From Macrostomum lignano (Eukaryota): a stretch of DNA of 64,000 bases. The stretch spans positions 1 to 64,000 of the forward strand of contig NIVC01000920.1 of the NCBI GenBank assembly GCA_002269645.1, in the 5' to 3' direction. Below the pieces are notes generated by a model. The model saw only the letters and a program-made list of their open reading frames with translations, did not search any database and had not been told where the DNA came from. This document shows, in pieces, positions 50,492 to 62,544 of the stretch; position 1 is the stretch's first letter; the number at the start of each line of letters is the position of its first letter. Both the position numbers and the translations under genes were made by a program.

Positions 50492-50636
50492 GCTCACACC
50501 TGCCTCCCCTGGCGGGCTGATAGCTAAAGAGACTCTGTCTCCTGATTTTCACCTTGCAAGGCGCACTTCGAAGGGTACTCGTCCCGTGGGTGTTAAGGCA
50601 GGCTCTCGGGCCTTGCCGAGCTGATTCGTTGGCGCC
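50492..50636 (+). ncRNA. Candidate HDV-like self-cleaving ribozyme at the LINE 5' end
   Basis: P1 GCTCAC(50492)/GTGGGT(50586); P2 CGAA(50569)/TTCG(50625), extended by GGCGC/GCGCC; P3 GGG/CCC around L3 TACTCGT; P1.1 AC/GT; P4 50597-50617; J4/2 GAGCTGA with C50621. Confidence 0.55.
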
Positions 50637-50867
50637 GGGTCCTGGTGTGACCATATAAACGCACCCTCTAATGTCCCAGTGTAGCTCCGTGCTGATGGAC
50701 GCTTGGCCAGGGAGTAGTCTGGTCGCTAACGGTTCCCCTTGCGCTTTTGGGCCCCCCCCGCAGGGTGGTATTTTGCTTTTTGGGGGCCTGCCGCTTGGTT
50801 TGGGGTTGCGGCCTTGCGGCCCTTTGCCTGTGTTCTGCAGGAAGTCCCACCTTTTTACTTCCAGCCA

Positions 50868-52377
50868 ATGGCTTCTAACCGAAGTACCCAACCGGCTGTG
50901 GATGACACAGTGCCTCCGGCCTCGGCTGGGGCCGTGGACTCCGCGGCCATACCACCTGCTACCATCGGGGACGCCTCGTCGAGACCCGTGGAGCCAACTC
51001 TGAGCGGTGCCTCCGAGAAGACACCTGCTACTCCAGCTGCCAAGCAGCTGAGCCTCACCTCTGGAGCTGCCCGCCGTCGACTTAACAAGGCGAGGCGGGC
51101 CAAGGAGGGCGGAAGCCTAACCGGCGCCAGGGGCCAACGGCCCGCGGCAGCGAAAGCTTCCCAATCTGGGGCGGTGGCGGAAGAGGGCCTCGAGCCCACT
51201 GAAGCCCCTGTCCAGGATAGGGAGGCCGATGCAGCCGGGAGGGTGGACAGCCCACCTGAAGAATGCTCCACCGACCCCCGGGCCTCCTACGCTGATGCGG
51301 CAAAGAGGCAACCGGCGGTTGTCATTCTGGGGAAGGACGCGCGCCTGTCTCCCGATCAGCTGAAGCAGGTGAGAGGTGCCGTTGATGGCCTCCTGTGGAA
51401 GCAAACTCTGAAGGGCACGCCTCTGAACATTCATTCGAATGCGACGAGGGACTCGTGCCTTCTCATTTGGCCCAGTGATGCTGACTCGGGTCGGCGGCTC
51501 CTTGAGCTGCTGCCCGAGCAGAGCTGGGACATCAACTTAGCCTGCTGCAGAGAGGACGAGCGCCCCCGGACCAAGTGGCATCGAATCTGGGTTCCGGCCA
51601 GGAGCGTCGTTACCTCTGCTGACGAGCTCCGGAAAGGACTGCTAGCAGTCAACCGGGAGCTTTCCGCCGCGGGCCTAGTGGTGCATGACACCCTTAAGCG
51701 CACCGACGGCACTGGCTTCACAGCCATCCTGGGGCTGTCGGATGCCTGGATGAGGCGCTATCCGCACGGCAGCTTCATCAACGTCGGCCTTTGGAAGCTG
51801 CGCATCCTCTCCTACGAGGCCGACCCTCCCCGTGGCGGTGAGCAGGGCGGGCGGAATGCCGAAGCAGCCGGGGCCGTGGCGCGAGCTTCTGCTCAGGCTG
51901 CCAAAGCAAACCGCCCCGCCCGGCAGCACGGCCGCGCGGGTAAAGCCGAGCGCGCTGCTGAGGGCGGAGGAGACCGACGCCCGGCACGCAGCTCCAAGCG
52001 ACGCGGCCTGTACCAGCGCGCAGCTGAGGCAGTCCGTACCCCAGCTGAGGAGAGAGGTCGCCGGGACGCCTAGGCGCACCAGTTCGTCCAGGGAGGGTGG
52101 GGACGTCCCAGCTGGGCCCAACCCCTCGGGGCAGGGCCGACTGGAGACGGACCCGCCTGCCCAGGCGGCTGGCTGCTCCAGGGCATTGGGCCAGTCTGAA
52201 GCGGAGGACCCCATGGCTGGTGGGCGAAGGGCGGCGAACGCTGCCTATTGCCTTCCGACCAACCGGGGGCCTTTTGCTGAAGAAGAGCCCATGGACACCG
52301 GCGACCCCGACCCGAAGCTGGTGAGCGCCGAGGAGGAGGAGGAACTCCTGGCGACTGCAACACCCGATCTGCACTGA
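50868..52377 (+). CDS. LINE ORF1 (DUF4780-like); reads to TAG at 52073, probably continuing via a 1-nt shift near 51900 to TGA at 52377
   Basis: MASNRSTQ start; LSPDQLKQVRGAVDGLL..LLIWPSDADSGRRLL..RPRTKWHRIWVP resembles LOA ORF1; acidic tail EEPMDTGD..EEEEELL in the second frame. Confidence 0.7.
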
Positions 52378-55300
52378 TGCCAGCGGCTACCTGGTGTCTG
52401 CAGATCAACACCCAGCACTGCGTGGCGGCGTCAGTCAACTTGATGCGCACGACAGAGCAACAGCTTCCGGGCCTGGTCTTCGTGCAGGAGCCCTGGATGA
52501 CTAAAGGTAAGCCAAATAATGTGCCATCTGACTACCACTGTTTTTGCATGGCGGACTCTCAGCCTCGCCCAAGATCTCTGGTCTTTGCTGCAAAAGCTTT
52601 TGAAGCATGGATGAGACCTGATCTCTCGACTGGGGACATCTGTGTTGTTCAAATCAATAACCTCATTCCAAATAAACCTGCGCTGGTAGCATCTGCCTAT
52701 TTCCCAGGCGATGCCCCAGTAGTCTGCGACGCACTAGTCAACCTCATTGACTACGCCGCGTCCCGACGGTTCGAGCTGCTCATTGCAGGGGACGTGAACG
52801 CACACCACCTGCATTGGGGCAGCAAGAACACCAATAACAGAGGCGAGGAGCTGCTGGCCTACGTCAGCAGCACAAACCTCAATTTCTGTAACGTGGGCAA
52901 TGCACCAACGTTCAATAATGGGCGGTGGGCCGAAGTCATCGACACCACCATCGCCTCACCCGGACTGCTTTCCGCAGTCACGGGCTGGCGAGTGTGGGAC
53001 GAGGACTCGCTCTCGGACCACCGCTTTATCCGCTTTTGCATTGGGCCGACCAAGCAAAAGCCTAAGGTCACTTGGAGTCGGAACGTCAGGAACACCGATT
53101 GGGCCGCCTTTGGCTCGAAGCTGAGCCGCGGCCTTCGGGATCTTGACCCCCCCAGTGACCTCTCTGACTGCCAGGTGGTGGACGATCTCGCCTCCTCCCT
53201 GGGCGGGGCGATCACCACTGCCTTTGAAGCAGCCTGCCCTCTAAAGGCCTATAAAGGCAAGAAATCTGCTCCCTGGTGGAACCCAGAGCTCGGGGCCCTT
53301 CGGCGCCGAGCCAGGACCCTCCAAAGGCGAGCGCTCAAAACCAAAGACCCATCTGATATAGAGGCCTATACCCGTGCGATCCACGAGTTTAAGGGCCAAG
53401 TCAGAAGGGCCAAGACGGCCAAGTGGCGCCAATATTGCGAAGGGCTTGAGGGCTCTCGCCCCGTAGCCCGCGTGGTTAAGGCACTCACTAATGACCGTTT
53501 TTCTAAACTCTCTGTTGTGAAGAGACCTGATGGCTCGGTCACAGAGAGTTCGGAAGAGACTCTAGAGCTCATGCTCAACAGTTTTTTCCTTAAATCTCCG
53601 ACTCAGCAGGGCCCGCCCGACCACACAGTGGGAGGGCAAGGCCTAGCAAAGTCTATGATCACCAAAGACCGCATAATTAGAGCGGCAAGGTCCTTTAACC
53701 CGTTCAAGGCGCCTGGGCCCGACGGCATCTACCCAGCGTTCTTGCACGAGGCGGTAAAAAACCACCGCTTCCTGGACCTGCTCCTTCGTCTCCTTCGAGC
53801 TTGTGTGGAGCTGGGCTATGTACCAGTTGCGTGGAGAGAGGCCCAGGTGGTCTTTATCCCCAAGCCTGGAAAGAGCGACTACCAATCGGTGAAGACCTTC
53901 AGGCCTATCAGCCTCACTTCTTTCTGCCTCAAGCTCCTCGAGAGACAGGTGCTTTGGCGCCTACTTTCGGTCGAGCTGAAGCGCTTCCCACTCTCGCAGA
54001 ACCAGCACGCCTTCCGCGCAGGCAGGTCTACCGAGAGTGCCCTCCATGTCATTGTTGACTTCCTGGAGAGGGCCGTTCTTGGCAGCGGCTTTGCCCTCTC
54101 GCTTTTCCTGGACATTGAGGGGGCCTTCGACAACGTCATCTTCGAGGCCTTTTGCAGAGCCCTGGAATCCAGGGCCACGCACCCTCACCTTGTCCGGTGG
54201 ATCATGTTCATGATCTGGAACCGCACTGTTGTGGCCCACCTGAACGGCAGCTCTCTTTCGGTGCCTGTCCTGAAAGGGGGCCCCCAGGGCGGCGTTCTCA
54301 CCCCCGTTCTCTGGAACATGGTCATGGATGAGCACCTGGCGTCTTCTGGATGCTGGGGTGGCCTTCAAGAAAGTGCGGGCCTTTAAGAAGCGGTCGCTTA
54401 TCCCGCACTCTGACCTCTGCCTCAAGGCTCTCGAGGAGTGTGGCGGGCTCAATATCTTCACGGACTCGATCCCAGCCACCCTTCTCCTGAGCCAAAGATA
54501 TAAGGTCACCATTCAGCCTCGACACGAGGCGAGTGACAGCTGGAGCGATTCTGAAGTCCACTGTTACATTGACGGCTCTATGAGGCATGGTCTTTCAGGC
54601 TTCGGAGCTTGCGTCTTCTTCAAGGGAGAAGTGGTGTGGAGCTACTCCCAGCACACTGGGCTCAACTCCAATGTTTTTCAGAGCGAGGTGCTTGCCATCA
54701 GCTCCTGCGCGGCAGAGCTGCGCCGAAGGCAGCTTAGCGGCCGGAAATTTATTTTTCACTCTGACAGCCCAAGCAGCCCTTTGGGCCCTCTGCCGCAGCA
54801 CCGCCGGCTCCAGGTCCGTCCTGGACTGCAACACCCAGCTCAACGGGCTTGCGCTAGGCAACCAAGCGGAGCTCAGATGGATCCCGGGCCACGCCGGCTT
54901 CCTCGGCAACGAGCGCGCTGACCTGCTGGCCAAGGCTGGCTCCGCCGGCGCGCTGCTGGGGCCGGGCCCGGGAGCCCCCATCCCCGCGTCGGTGATCAAT
55001 TCCCGCGTTAAGCGCTGGGCTGACTCCGAGCATCTCCGCAGGTGGCACGACACCCGGAATTGTAGGCAATCCCGTGCTGCCGTCCCCTGCCCCTCTCCTC
55101 TCCTGCGTAGAGCCCTCCTCAGGCTCAACCGCAGAGACCTCAGAGCAGTTAGCATGGCCCTCTCCGGGCATGGCTGCTTCTCTCGCCACCGCTTCCTTCA
55201 GGGCCAAGTACCCGAGGAGCGGTGCCCCTTCTGCCGCTCAGGCAGTGAAAACGCCGAGCATTTTATCTGCCACTGCCCGGTTTTCACCAGGGCCAGGCTT

Positions 55301-55456
55301 ACTCACCTCGGGCCAAACCCGGTTCTTTCCAACGTTTGCAGGCCCGAGAGCATCCCGCTGCTCGCCCGGTACCTCAGGGACACCGGACGAGCTGATTTCT
55401 TCCCCACCGTCGGTGAGGAGGACCGCGCTGCAGGCGAGACCGACGGGTCCCCCTGA
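52377..55456 (+). pseudogene. LINE ORF2: AP endonuclease, RT N-half, deletion (~54332), RNase H, CCHC finger
   Basis: APE motifs QEPW, GDVNAHH, SDHRFI; RT KAPGPDGI, FRPISLTSF, QHAFRAGRSTE, FLDIEGAFDNV, PQGGVLTPVLWN, then no YADD; RNase H YIDGS, FQSEV, HSDS, WIPGH..GNERAD; CPFC..ENAEHFICHCP. Extra C at 54768-54770. Confidence 0.9.
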
Positions 55457-56259
55457 GCGACACCACTTCAACGGAAGTCGTTGGTCGCCAGGGACTAGCG
55501 GAATGGGCGGTCTCCTCCGCCTCCTCGCTGCATCCGCCGGACGCCCCCTGCAGCTAAGTCAAGTCAAGTTCATCAGTGATGTTGGCTAGATTAGCAATCC
55601 ATTCTATTCCTTCATCGGTGATGTTGGCTAGATCAGCAATCAAAGATAGAATTTTCAGCTTCCTCATATTCTAAGAGGTCATGATCGGATTAACAGAATG
55701 CATAAAACGAAGTAATTTTATCAAAATGCGTCGAAATTTCCTTACCGAGCTACTCCTCAGCTGTGTGGCAGTAGCATGCTGGGAACATCGTCAGTAATAT
55801 TCACTAATTTAGCTGAAAAGCCGCAGCATGAAAAAGGCGGGTTGCTGCACGGATGGCCAGCAGCTCTCGACCGCGCTGAGGACTAAATGGAATTTTGATG
55901 TTCAAAAGAAAATAATTTTTCCATTACTTGTTGAAGCAAGACCTGATGAAGCAGAGTTTCTGCCCGGAATCCCTGCCTAGGTGAGCTGCAGCAAATCTGA
56001 TTTCAGAATCGATCAAAACTGTTTTAAAATTCATTCTGAGTTGCTGCCTACCTTTGCAGACATCAATGTCAACTTTTGTAAATCTCGATTTAGTAGTCAT
56101 GATGGGGCTTTGAGGAAATCTTACTGCCTCCATCAGTTGTACGAGCAGTATTCATAATTCCTAAAGTATCGGTAAAAATTGGGGTCGACTTAGTTCGAAA
56201 ATCTTCTTATCTTAATTTACAGTCGGAATTTCAAGTCATATCCTGTTTGTAAACTGTGC

Positions 56260-57940
56260 TAGACTAGATTAGATTAGACTAGATTAGATTAGATTAGACT
56301 AGATTAGATTAGATTAGACTAGATTAGATTAGAATTTGACTAAACTAAACTAGTCTAGATTAGAAATAGATTAGGCTATATTAGAATTAGACTAGATTAG
56401 ATTAGAAGAAGACTAGATTAGATTAGGAAGACTTGATTAGATTAGAACTAATATAATCAAGGACAAGATATCACAGCTAGCACAGATCACAGATTTCACA
56501 GATATCACAGACATCACAAATATCACAGCTATCACAGATATCACCTATCACAGGTATCATAGGTATATCACAGATATCACAGCTATCACAGGTATCACAG
56601 CTAGCACAGATATCACAGATATCACAGGTATCACAGCTAGCACAGATATCACAGATATCACAGCTATCACAGATATCACAGATATCACAGCTATCACAGC
56701 TATCACAGATATCACAGCTATCACAGGTATCATAGGTATATCACAGATATCACAGCTATCACAGGTATCACAGATATCACAGACATCACAGCTATCACAG
56801 CTATCACAGCTATCACAGGTATCACAGCTATCACAGATATCACAGATATCACAGCTATCACAGCTATCACAGATATCACAGCTATCACAGGTATCACAGC
56901 TATCACAGATATCACAGATATCACAGGTATCACAGATATCACAGACATCACAGCTATCACAGCTATCACAGCTATTACAGATATCACAGCTATCACAGAT
57001 ATCACAGACATCACAGCTATCACAGATATCACAGCTATCACAGATATCACAGCTATCACAGCTATCACAGATATCACAGCTATCACAGGTATCACAGCTA
57101 TCACAGATATCACAGATATCACAGGTATCACAGATATCACAGACATCACAGCTATCACAGCTATCACAGCTATTACAGATATCACAGCTATCACAGATAT
57201 CACAGACATCACAGCTATCACAGATATCACAGCTATCACAGATATCACAGATATCACAGCTATCACAGCTATCACAGCTATCACAGATATCACAGCTATC
57301 GCAGGTATCATAGGTATATCACAGATATCACAGCTATCACAGCTATCACAGATATCACAGCTATCACAGCTATCACAGATATCACAGCTATCACAGGTAT
57401 CATAGCCAACACAGCTATAACAGGTATCACAGCTATCACAGATATCACAGACATCACACAGCTATCACAGATATCACAGATATCACAGATATCACAGCTA
57501 TCACAGATATCACAGCTATCACAGATATCACAGCTATCACAGCTATCACAGATATCACAGCTATCACAGCTATCACAGATATCACAGCTATCACAGATAT
57601 CACATCTATCACAGCTATCACAGATATCACAGCTATCACAGCTATCACAAGTATCACAGATATCATAGCTATCACAGGTATCATAGGTATATCACAGATA
57701 TCACCTATCACAGGTATCATAGGTATATCACAGATATCACAGCTATCACAGGTATCACAGCTAGCACAGATATCACAGATATCACAGGTATCACAGCTAT
57801 CACAGATATCACAGGTATCACAGCTATCACAGATATCACAGGTATCACAGCTATCACAGATATCACAGCTATCACAGATATCACAGATATCACAGCTATC
57901 ACAGGTATCACAGATATCACAGCTATCACAGATATCACAA
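56260..57940. repeat. (TAGAT/TAGAC)n followed by a 9-bp array (ATCACAGCT/ATCACAGAT/ATCACAGGT)n
   Basis: Pentamer at 56260-56450; 9-mer at 56468-57940 with higher-order blocks. Confidence 0.95.
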
Positions 57941-58309
57941 CAGTCGAATCCCTCTCTTGTTTTAATTGAGACTCTTCTGTCTCATACAATCTTTTCCATC
58001 TCTAACTGACTTTAACGGTAGATAAAGCCACCTGCACGAGGAGTTGGTAGGGAGCACATAACCAACGTCTTTATTCTCTCCTCAGCTCAATCGAGTGCAT
58101 ACTCAACAGGAAAAAGCTTTCTTTGCGATTGCCAACTGTCAGAGGCCGTGCAGCTGACTAAACAATTTGGTCTCGCAGCTTTACGACAAAATATTTTCAA
58201 TATTTGTTAGAGTAGTCATATAATTTATAATTTTTAGGATTTTGTGGGGAATAAAACGAATAAAATTAATGGGATTAGGGAAGAAGTTAAAAATGTTATC
58301 TATTCACAA

Positions 58310-58630
58310 CTACTCATTGTCTACTTTTCAAGATCTCACTGTCTACTTATCTAACTCTCACTGTCTACTTCTCTAGATCTCACTGCCTACTTCTCAAGAT
58401 CTCACTGTCTACTTCTCTAAATCTCACTGTTTACTTCTCTAAATCTCACTGTCTAATTCTCTAGGTCTTACTGTCTACTTCTCTAGATCTCACTGTCTAC
58501 TTTTCAAGATCTTACTGTTTACTTCTCTAGATCTCACTGCCTACTTCTCTAGATCTCACTGCCTACTTCTCTAAATCTCACTGTCTACTTCTCTAGATCT
58601 CACTGTCTACTTCTCTAGATCTCACTGTCT
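58310..58630. repeat. 22-bp minisatellite (CTCACTGTCTACTTCTCTAGAT)n
   Basis: About 14 copies downstream of the Cys-loop gene stop. Confidence 0.9.
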
Positions 58631-58744
58631 CATTTGTTCTGATCTCAGATTTATTCTCATTTCCAAAGCAACGCTGCAAGCAGATCGCGTACAGAATGAG
58701 TTTATAATTTAATCAGTTGATCAGTGCATTTGCTTTCAAGCGAG

Positions 58745-61526
58745 TCACAGAATCTTCAAATACAAAGTCCAATAGACAATGTTGAACAGGCAGAAAAGCG
58801 TGGGGAACAACACCTTGGAGACCTCGTCTATCCTGCTCACTGAGTTGATCCGCCTTGGCGATCGGGAGGCCAGCTTCATCTGCTTATAGCGGGAGCTGCC
58901 GCGCAAGCAGTTCAAGAAGGCGTAGGCGCACGAGTCGCGGAACCTGCTGCTGCACTCGCCATCGGGCTTGCCGCACTTGCTGCCGTTGCCTGCGTCTGCT
59001 GGCGCCTGCTGCTCCTGGGTGCCGCTGGAGTGCGATGTGTTGGGGCGATCATTTGGTCCTTTGGCGCAACATCGAAGACATTTTGGCACCTTATCCGATC
59101 ATTTAGCGCTTCATTCAATAAGTTGGCTCCTCATTCAATCATTTGGCGCCTCATTCAATAATTTGGCGCCTCATTCTATAATTTGGCGCTTCATTCAATA
59201 ATTTGGCTCCTCATTCAATCATTTGGCTCCTCATTCAATCATTTGGCGCCTCATTCAATCATTTGGCTCCTCATTCAATCATTTGGCGCCTCATTCTATA
59301 ATTTGGCGCTTCATTCAATCATTTGGCTCCTCATTCAATCATTTGGCGCCTCATTCAATCATTTGGCTCCTCATTCAATCATTTGGCGCCTCATTCTATA
59401 ATTTGGCTCCTCATTCAATCATTTTGCGCCTCATTCAATCATTTGGCGCCTCATTCTATAATTTGGCGCTTCATTCAATAATTTGGCTCCTCATTCAATC
59501 ATTTGGCGCCTCATTCAATAATTTGGCGCCTCATTCAATCATTTGGCGCCTCATTCTATCATTTGGCGCCTCATTCTATAATTTGGCGCTTCATTCAATA
59601 ATTTGGCTCCTCATTCAATCATTTGGCTCCTCATTCAATCATTTGGCGCCTCATTCAATCATTTGGCTCCTCATTCAATCATTTGGCGCCTCATTCAATA
59701 ATTTGGCTCCTCATTCAATCATTTGGCTCCTCATTCAATCATTTGGCTCCTCATTCAATCATTTGGCGCCTCATTCAATCATTTGGCTCCTCATTCAATC
59801 ATTTGGCGCCTTATTCTATAATTTGGCGCTTCATTCAATCATTTGGCTCCTCATTCAATCATTTGGCGCCTCATTCAATCATTTGGCTCCTCATTCAATC
59901 ATTTGGCGCCTCATTCTATAATTTGGCTCCTCATTCAATCATTTTGCGCCTCATTCAATCATTTGGCGCCTCATTCTATAATTTGGCGCTTCATTCAATA
60001 ATTTGGCTCCTCATTCAATCATTTGGCGCCTCATTCAATAATTTGGCGCCTCATTCAATCATTTGGCGCCTCATTCAATCATTTGGCGCCTCATTCAATC
60101 ATTTGGCGCCTCATTCAATCATTTGGCGCCTCATTCTATAATTTGGCGCTTCATTCAATAATTTGGCTCCTCATTCAATCATTTGGCGCCTCATTCAATA
60201 ATTTGGCGCCTCATTCAATCATTTGGCGCCTCATTCAATCATTTGGCGCCTCATTCTATAATTTGGCGCTTCATTCAATCATTGGGCTTCTCATTCAATC
60301 ATTTGGCGCCTCATTCAATCATTTGGCTCCTCATTCAATCATTTGGCGCCTCATTCTATAATTTGGCTCCTCATTCAATCATTTGGCGCCTCATCCAATC
60401 ATTTGGCGCCTCATTCTATAATTTGGCGCTTCATTCAATAATTTGGCTCCTCATTCAATCATTTGGCGCCTCATTCAATAATTTGGCGCCTCATTCAATC
60501 ATTTGGCGCCTCATTCAATCATTTGGCGCCTCATTCAATCATTTGGCGCCTCATTCTATCATTTGGGGCCTCATTCTATAATTTGGCGCTTCATTCAATA
60601 ATTTGGCTCCTCATTCAATCATTTGGCTCCTCATTCAATCATTTGGCGCCTCATTCAATCATTTGGCTCCTCATTCAATCATTTGGCGCCTCATTCAATA
60701 ATTTGGCTCCTCATTCAATCATTTGGCTCCTCATTCAATCATTTGGCTCCTCATTCAATCATTTGGCGCCTCATTCAATCATTTGGCTCCTCATTCAATC
60801 ATTTGGCGCCTCATTCTATAATTTGGCGCTTCATTCAATCATTTGGCTCCTCATTCAATCATTTGGCGCCTCATTCAATCATTTGGCTCCTCATTCAATC
60901 ATTTGGCGCCTCATTCTATAATTTGGCGCCTCATTCTATCATTTGGCGCCCCATTGAATATATTTTAGTACCTCATCCAATCATTTGGCACCTCATCCAA
61001 TCATTTGGCACCTCATCCGATCATCATGGCTTCTCATCCGATCACTGTGGCGCCTCACTGGGTCCAGCCCACCAAACACAGCGACCCACCGTGGTGACTG
61101 CGGCTGCCTGCGGCTGCTGGCCGGCCTCGCCTGTCCGTACCGAAACCGGCCACCACCACCGCCGCCGTCGGCCCTCGCCGTCGCCGTCGGCGTCGCCTCT
61201 CCGTCGTCGTCGCCGCTGTCGTCGCCGCCACGGCCGGTGATCTCAACCAGAGTCAGATGGCACTCGCCGCTGCTCACCTTGGTGAAGTAGTGCACCGACG
61301 CGAACTCGATGATGGTGGCGAGGATCAGGGCGAAGCACATGCCGACGTACCAGTCCAGGGCGGTGCCGTAGTTCACCCTGGGCAGGTCCTGCCGGTTGTC
61401 CATGCCCAGGAAGGTCATGGTGAGCACCGTGGTTGTGCTCAGCTCGATCCGATCTGACGTGGCCTCCCGGTTGATCCAGAAGCCAACCCAGCTCAGCACC
61501 ACCAGCAGGCTGCAGGGAAAGTACAG
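58745..61526 (-). CDS. Cys-loop ligand-gated ion channel subunit (GABA-A/GRD-like), 3' part only: M1-M3 exon 61059-61526, M4 exon 58745-59089
   Basis: LYFPCSLLVVLSWVGFWINREATSDRIELSTTTVLTMTFLGMDNRQDLPRVNYGTALDWY..ATIIEFASVHYFTK; INSVSRIDEVSKVLFPTLFCLFNIVYWTLYL*. Acceptor ttccag| at 61527-61528; donor CCA|gtgagg at 61058. The last-exon acceptor is uncertain; extracellular-domain exons are not in the window. Confidence 0.9.
59095..61020. repeat. 20-bp minisatellite (ATTTGGCGCCTCATTCAATC)n, ~95 copies, filling the M3-M4 intron
   Basis: Variant units arranged in repeated higher-order blocks. Confidence 0.95.
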
Positions 61527-61589
61527 CTGGAAAGGTGGGGTGACACACTCAGCTTATTGGATCTCCATCTCTGCTTCTCCCTATATCCC

Positions 61590-61995
61590 TCTGCCTCTGC
61601 TTCTCCCTCTCGCCCTCTCCCTCTCGCCCTCTCCCTCCCGCTCTCTCCCTCTTTCCTAACTCTTGAAGTCTCTCCCTTTTTCTCTCGCCCTCTCCCTCTC
61701 GCCCTCTCCCTCTCGCCCTCTCCCTCTCGCCCTCTCACTCTCGCCCTCTCCCTCTCGCCCTCTCCCTCTCCCTCCCGCTCTCTCCCTATCACCCTCTTCC
61801 TCTCGCCCTCTCACTCTCACTCTCGCCCTCTCACTCTCGGCCTCTCACTCTCGCCCTCTCACTCTCGCCATCTCCCCCTCTCCTTCTCGCCCTCTCACTC
61901 TTTCCTACCTCTTGAAGTCTCTCCCTTTTTCTCTCGCCCGCTCCCTCTCGCCTGTCTCCCTCTCTTTTCCATTTCGCCCTCTACCCTCTCTCCCC
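61590..61995. repeat. Pyrimidine-rich (CTCTCGCCCTCTCC)n repeat
   Basis: 14-bp-type units beside the M1 exon acceptor. Confidence 0.88.
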
Positions 61996-62544
61996 CTTGC
62001 CCTCGAAACGGTGAGCAGAAATGCCTGATTCCGTCAAAACAACCCAAGTTTCATCCTCCTTCCCTCAAATAATTTTTCCAACTTCGCAATTCCGCAGGCC
62101 ACTGAGCCTGCAAACCCAGCAATCATTTCGGCAGCTAAAAATCTAAAAAAGAAACCAGACAGATGGCTTATCACCACCGGCTGTCTGCAGTGTTTGGGAA
62201 TTCCGGCCGGTCTATAAACAATGCCATCGCGGGAGCTGATGCGCCGTACAATTTTATGATTAGGATTAAAACGACAGGGGCGAGATGTTGGGGCAGTTTC
62301 AATTGATTCTATCTAGACTTGAGGGAGCCTTTTTAAGGCTGCATGGCTTTTAGATTAGCAAAATGGCAAATTCATGGCGGCTATAATTGCCAATTAATTA
62401 TCATTCTGCCGGGGGGGGGGGGGGTCGCCAGCCCTCATGCGTTGGACTTCCCCAATAGACTAATCAGCACTACTGCTCCTGATATTGGCCCTGTCTTGGA
62501 TGCATTAAGAAATGTGCCGCTTATTTCACTCTACCTCTACAGTT

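Larger units (their letters stand above)
50492..55569 (+). mobile_element. LOA-clade (Lian-like) non-LTR retrotransposon, near full length but internally deleted
   Basis: ORF1 (DUF4780-like) plus ORF2 APE-RT-RNase H-CCHC; 3' tail (AAGTC)n to 55569. The 5' boundary is inferred from the ribozyme; no TSD found. Confidence 0.9.

Noticed and set aside
50501-50530. Alternative ribozyme core GCC-TCCCCT-GGC..GCTAA
   Set aside because: No convincing P1, P2 or P4; better read as a hairpin within J1/2 of the downstream candidate.
55490-55570. Second HDV-like fold in the LINE 3' UTR (TCCTCGC, CCGG, GCTAA)
   Set aside because: L3, GG and J4/2 motifs are present, but no P2 partner follows GCTAA (the tail starts there), and P1 and P3 are mismatched; a simple GGCGG/CCGCC hairpin explains it.
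55940-55975. Hammerhead core CTGATGA (also on the minus strand at ~55570)
   Set aside because: No correctly spaced GAAA or flanking stems.
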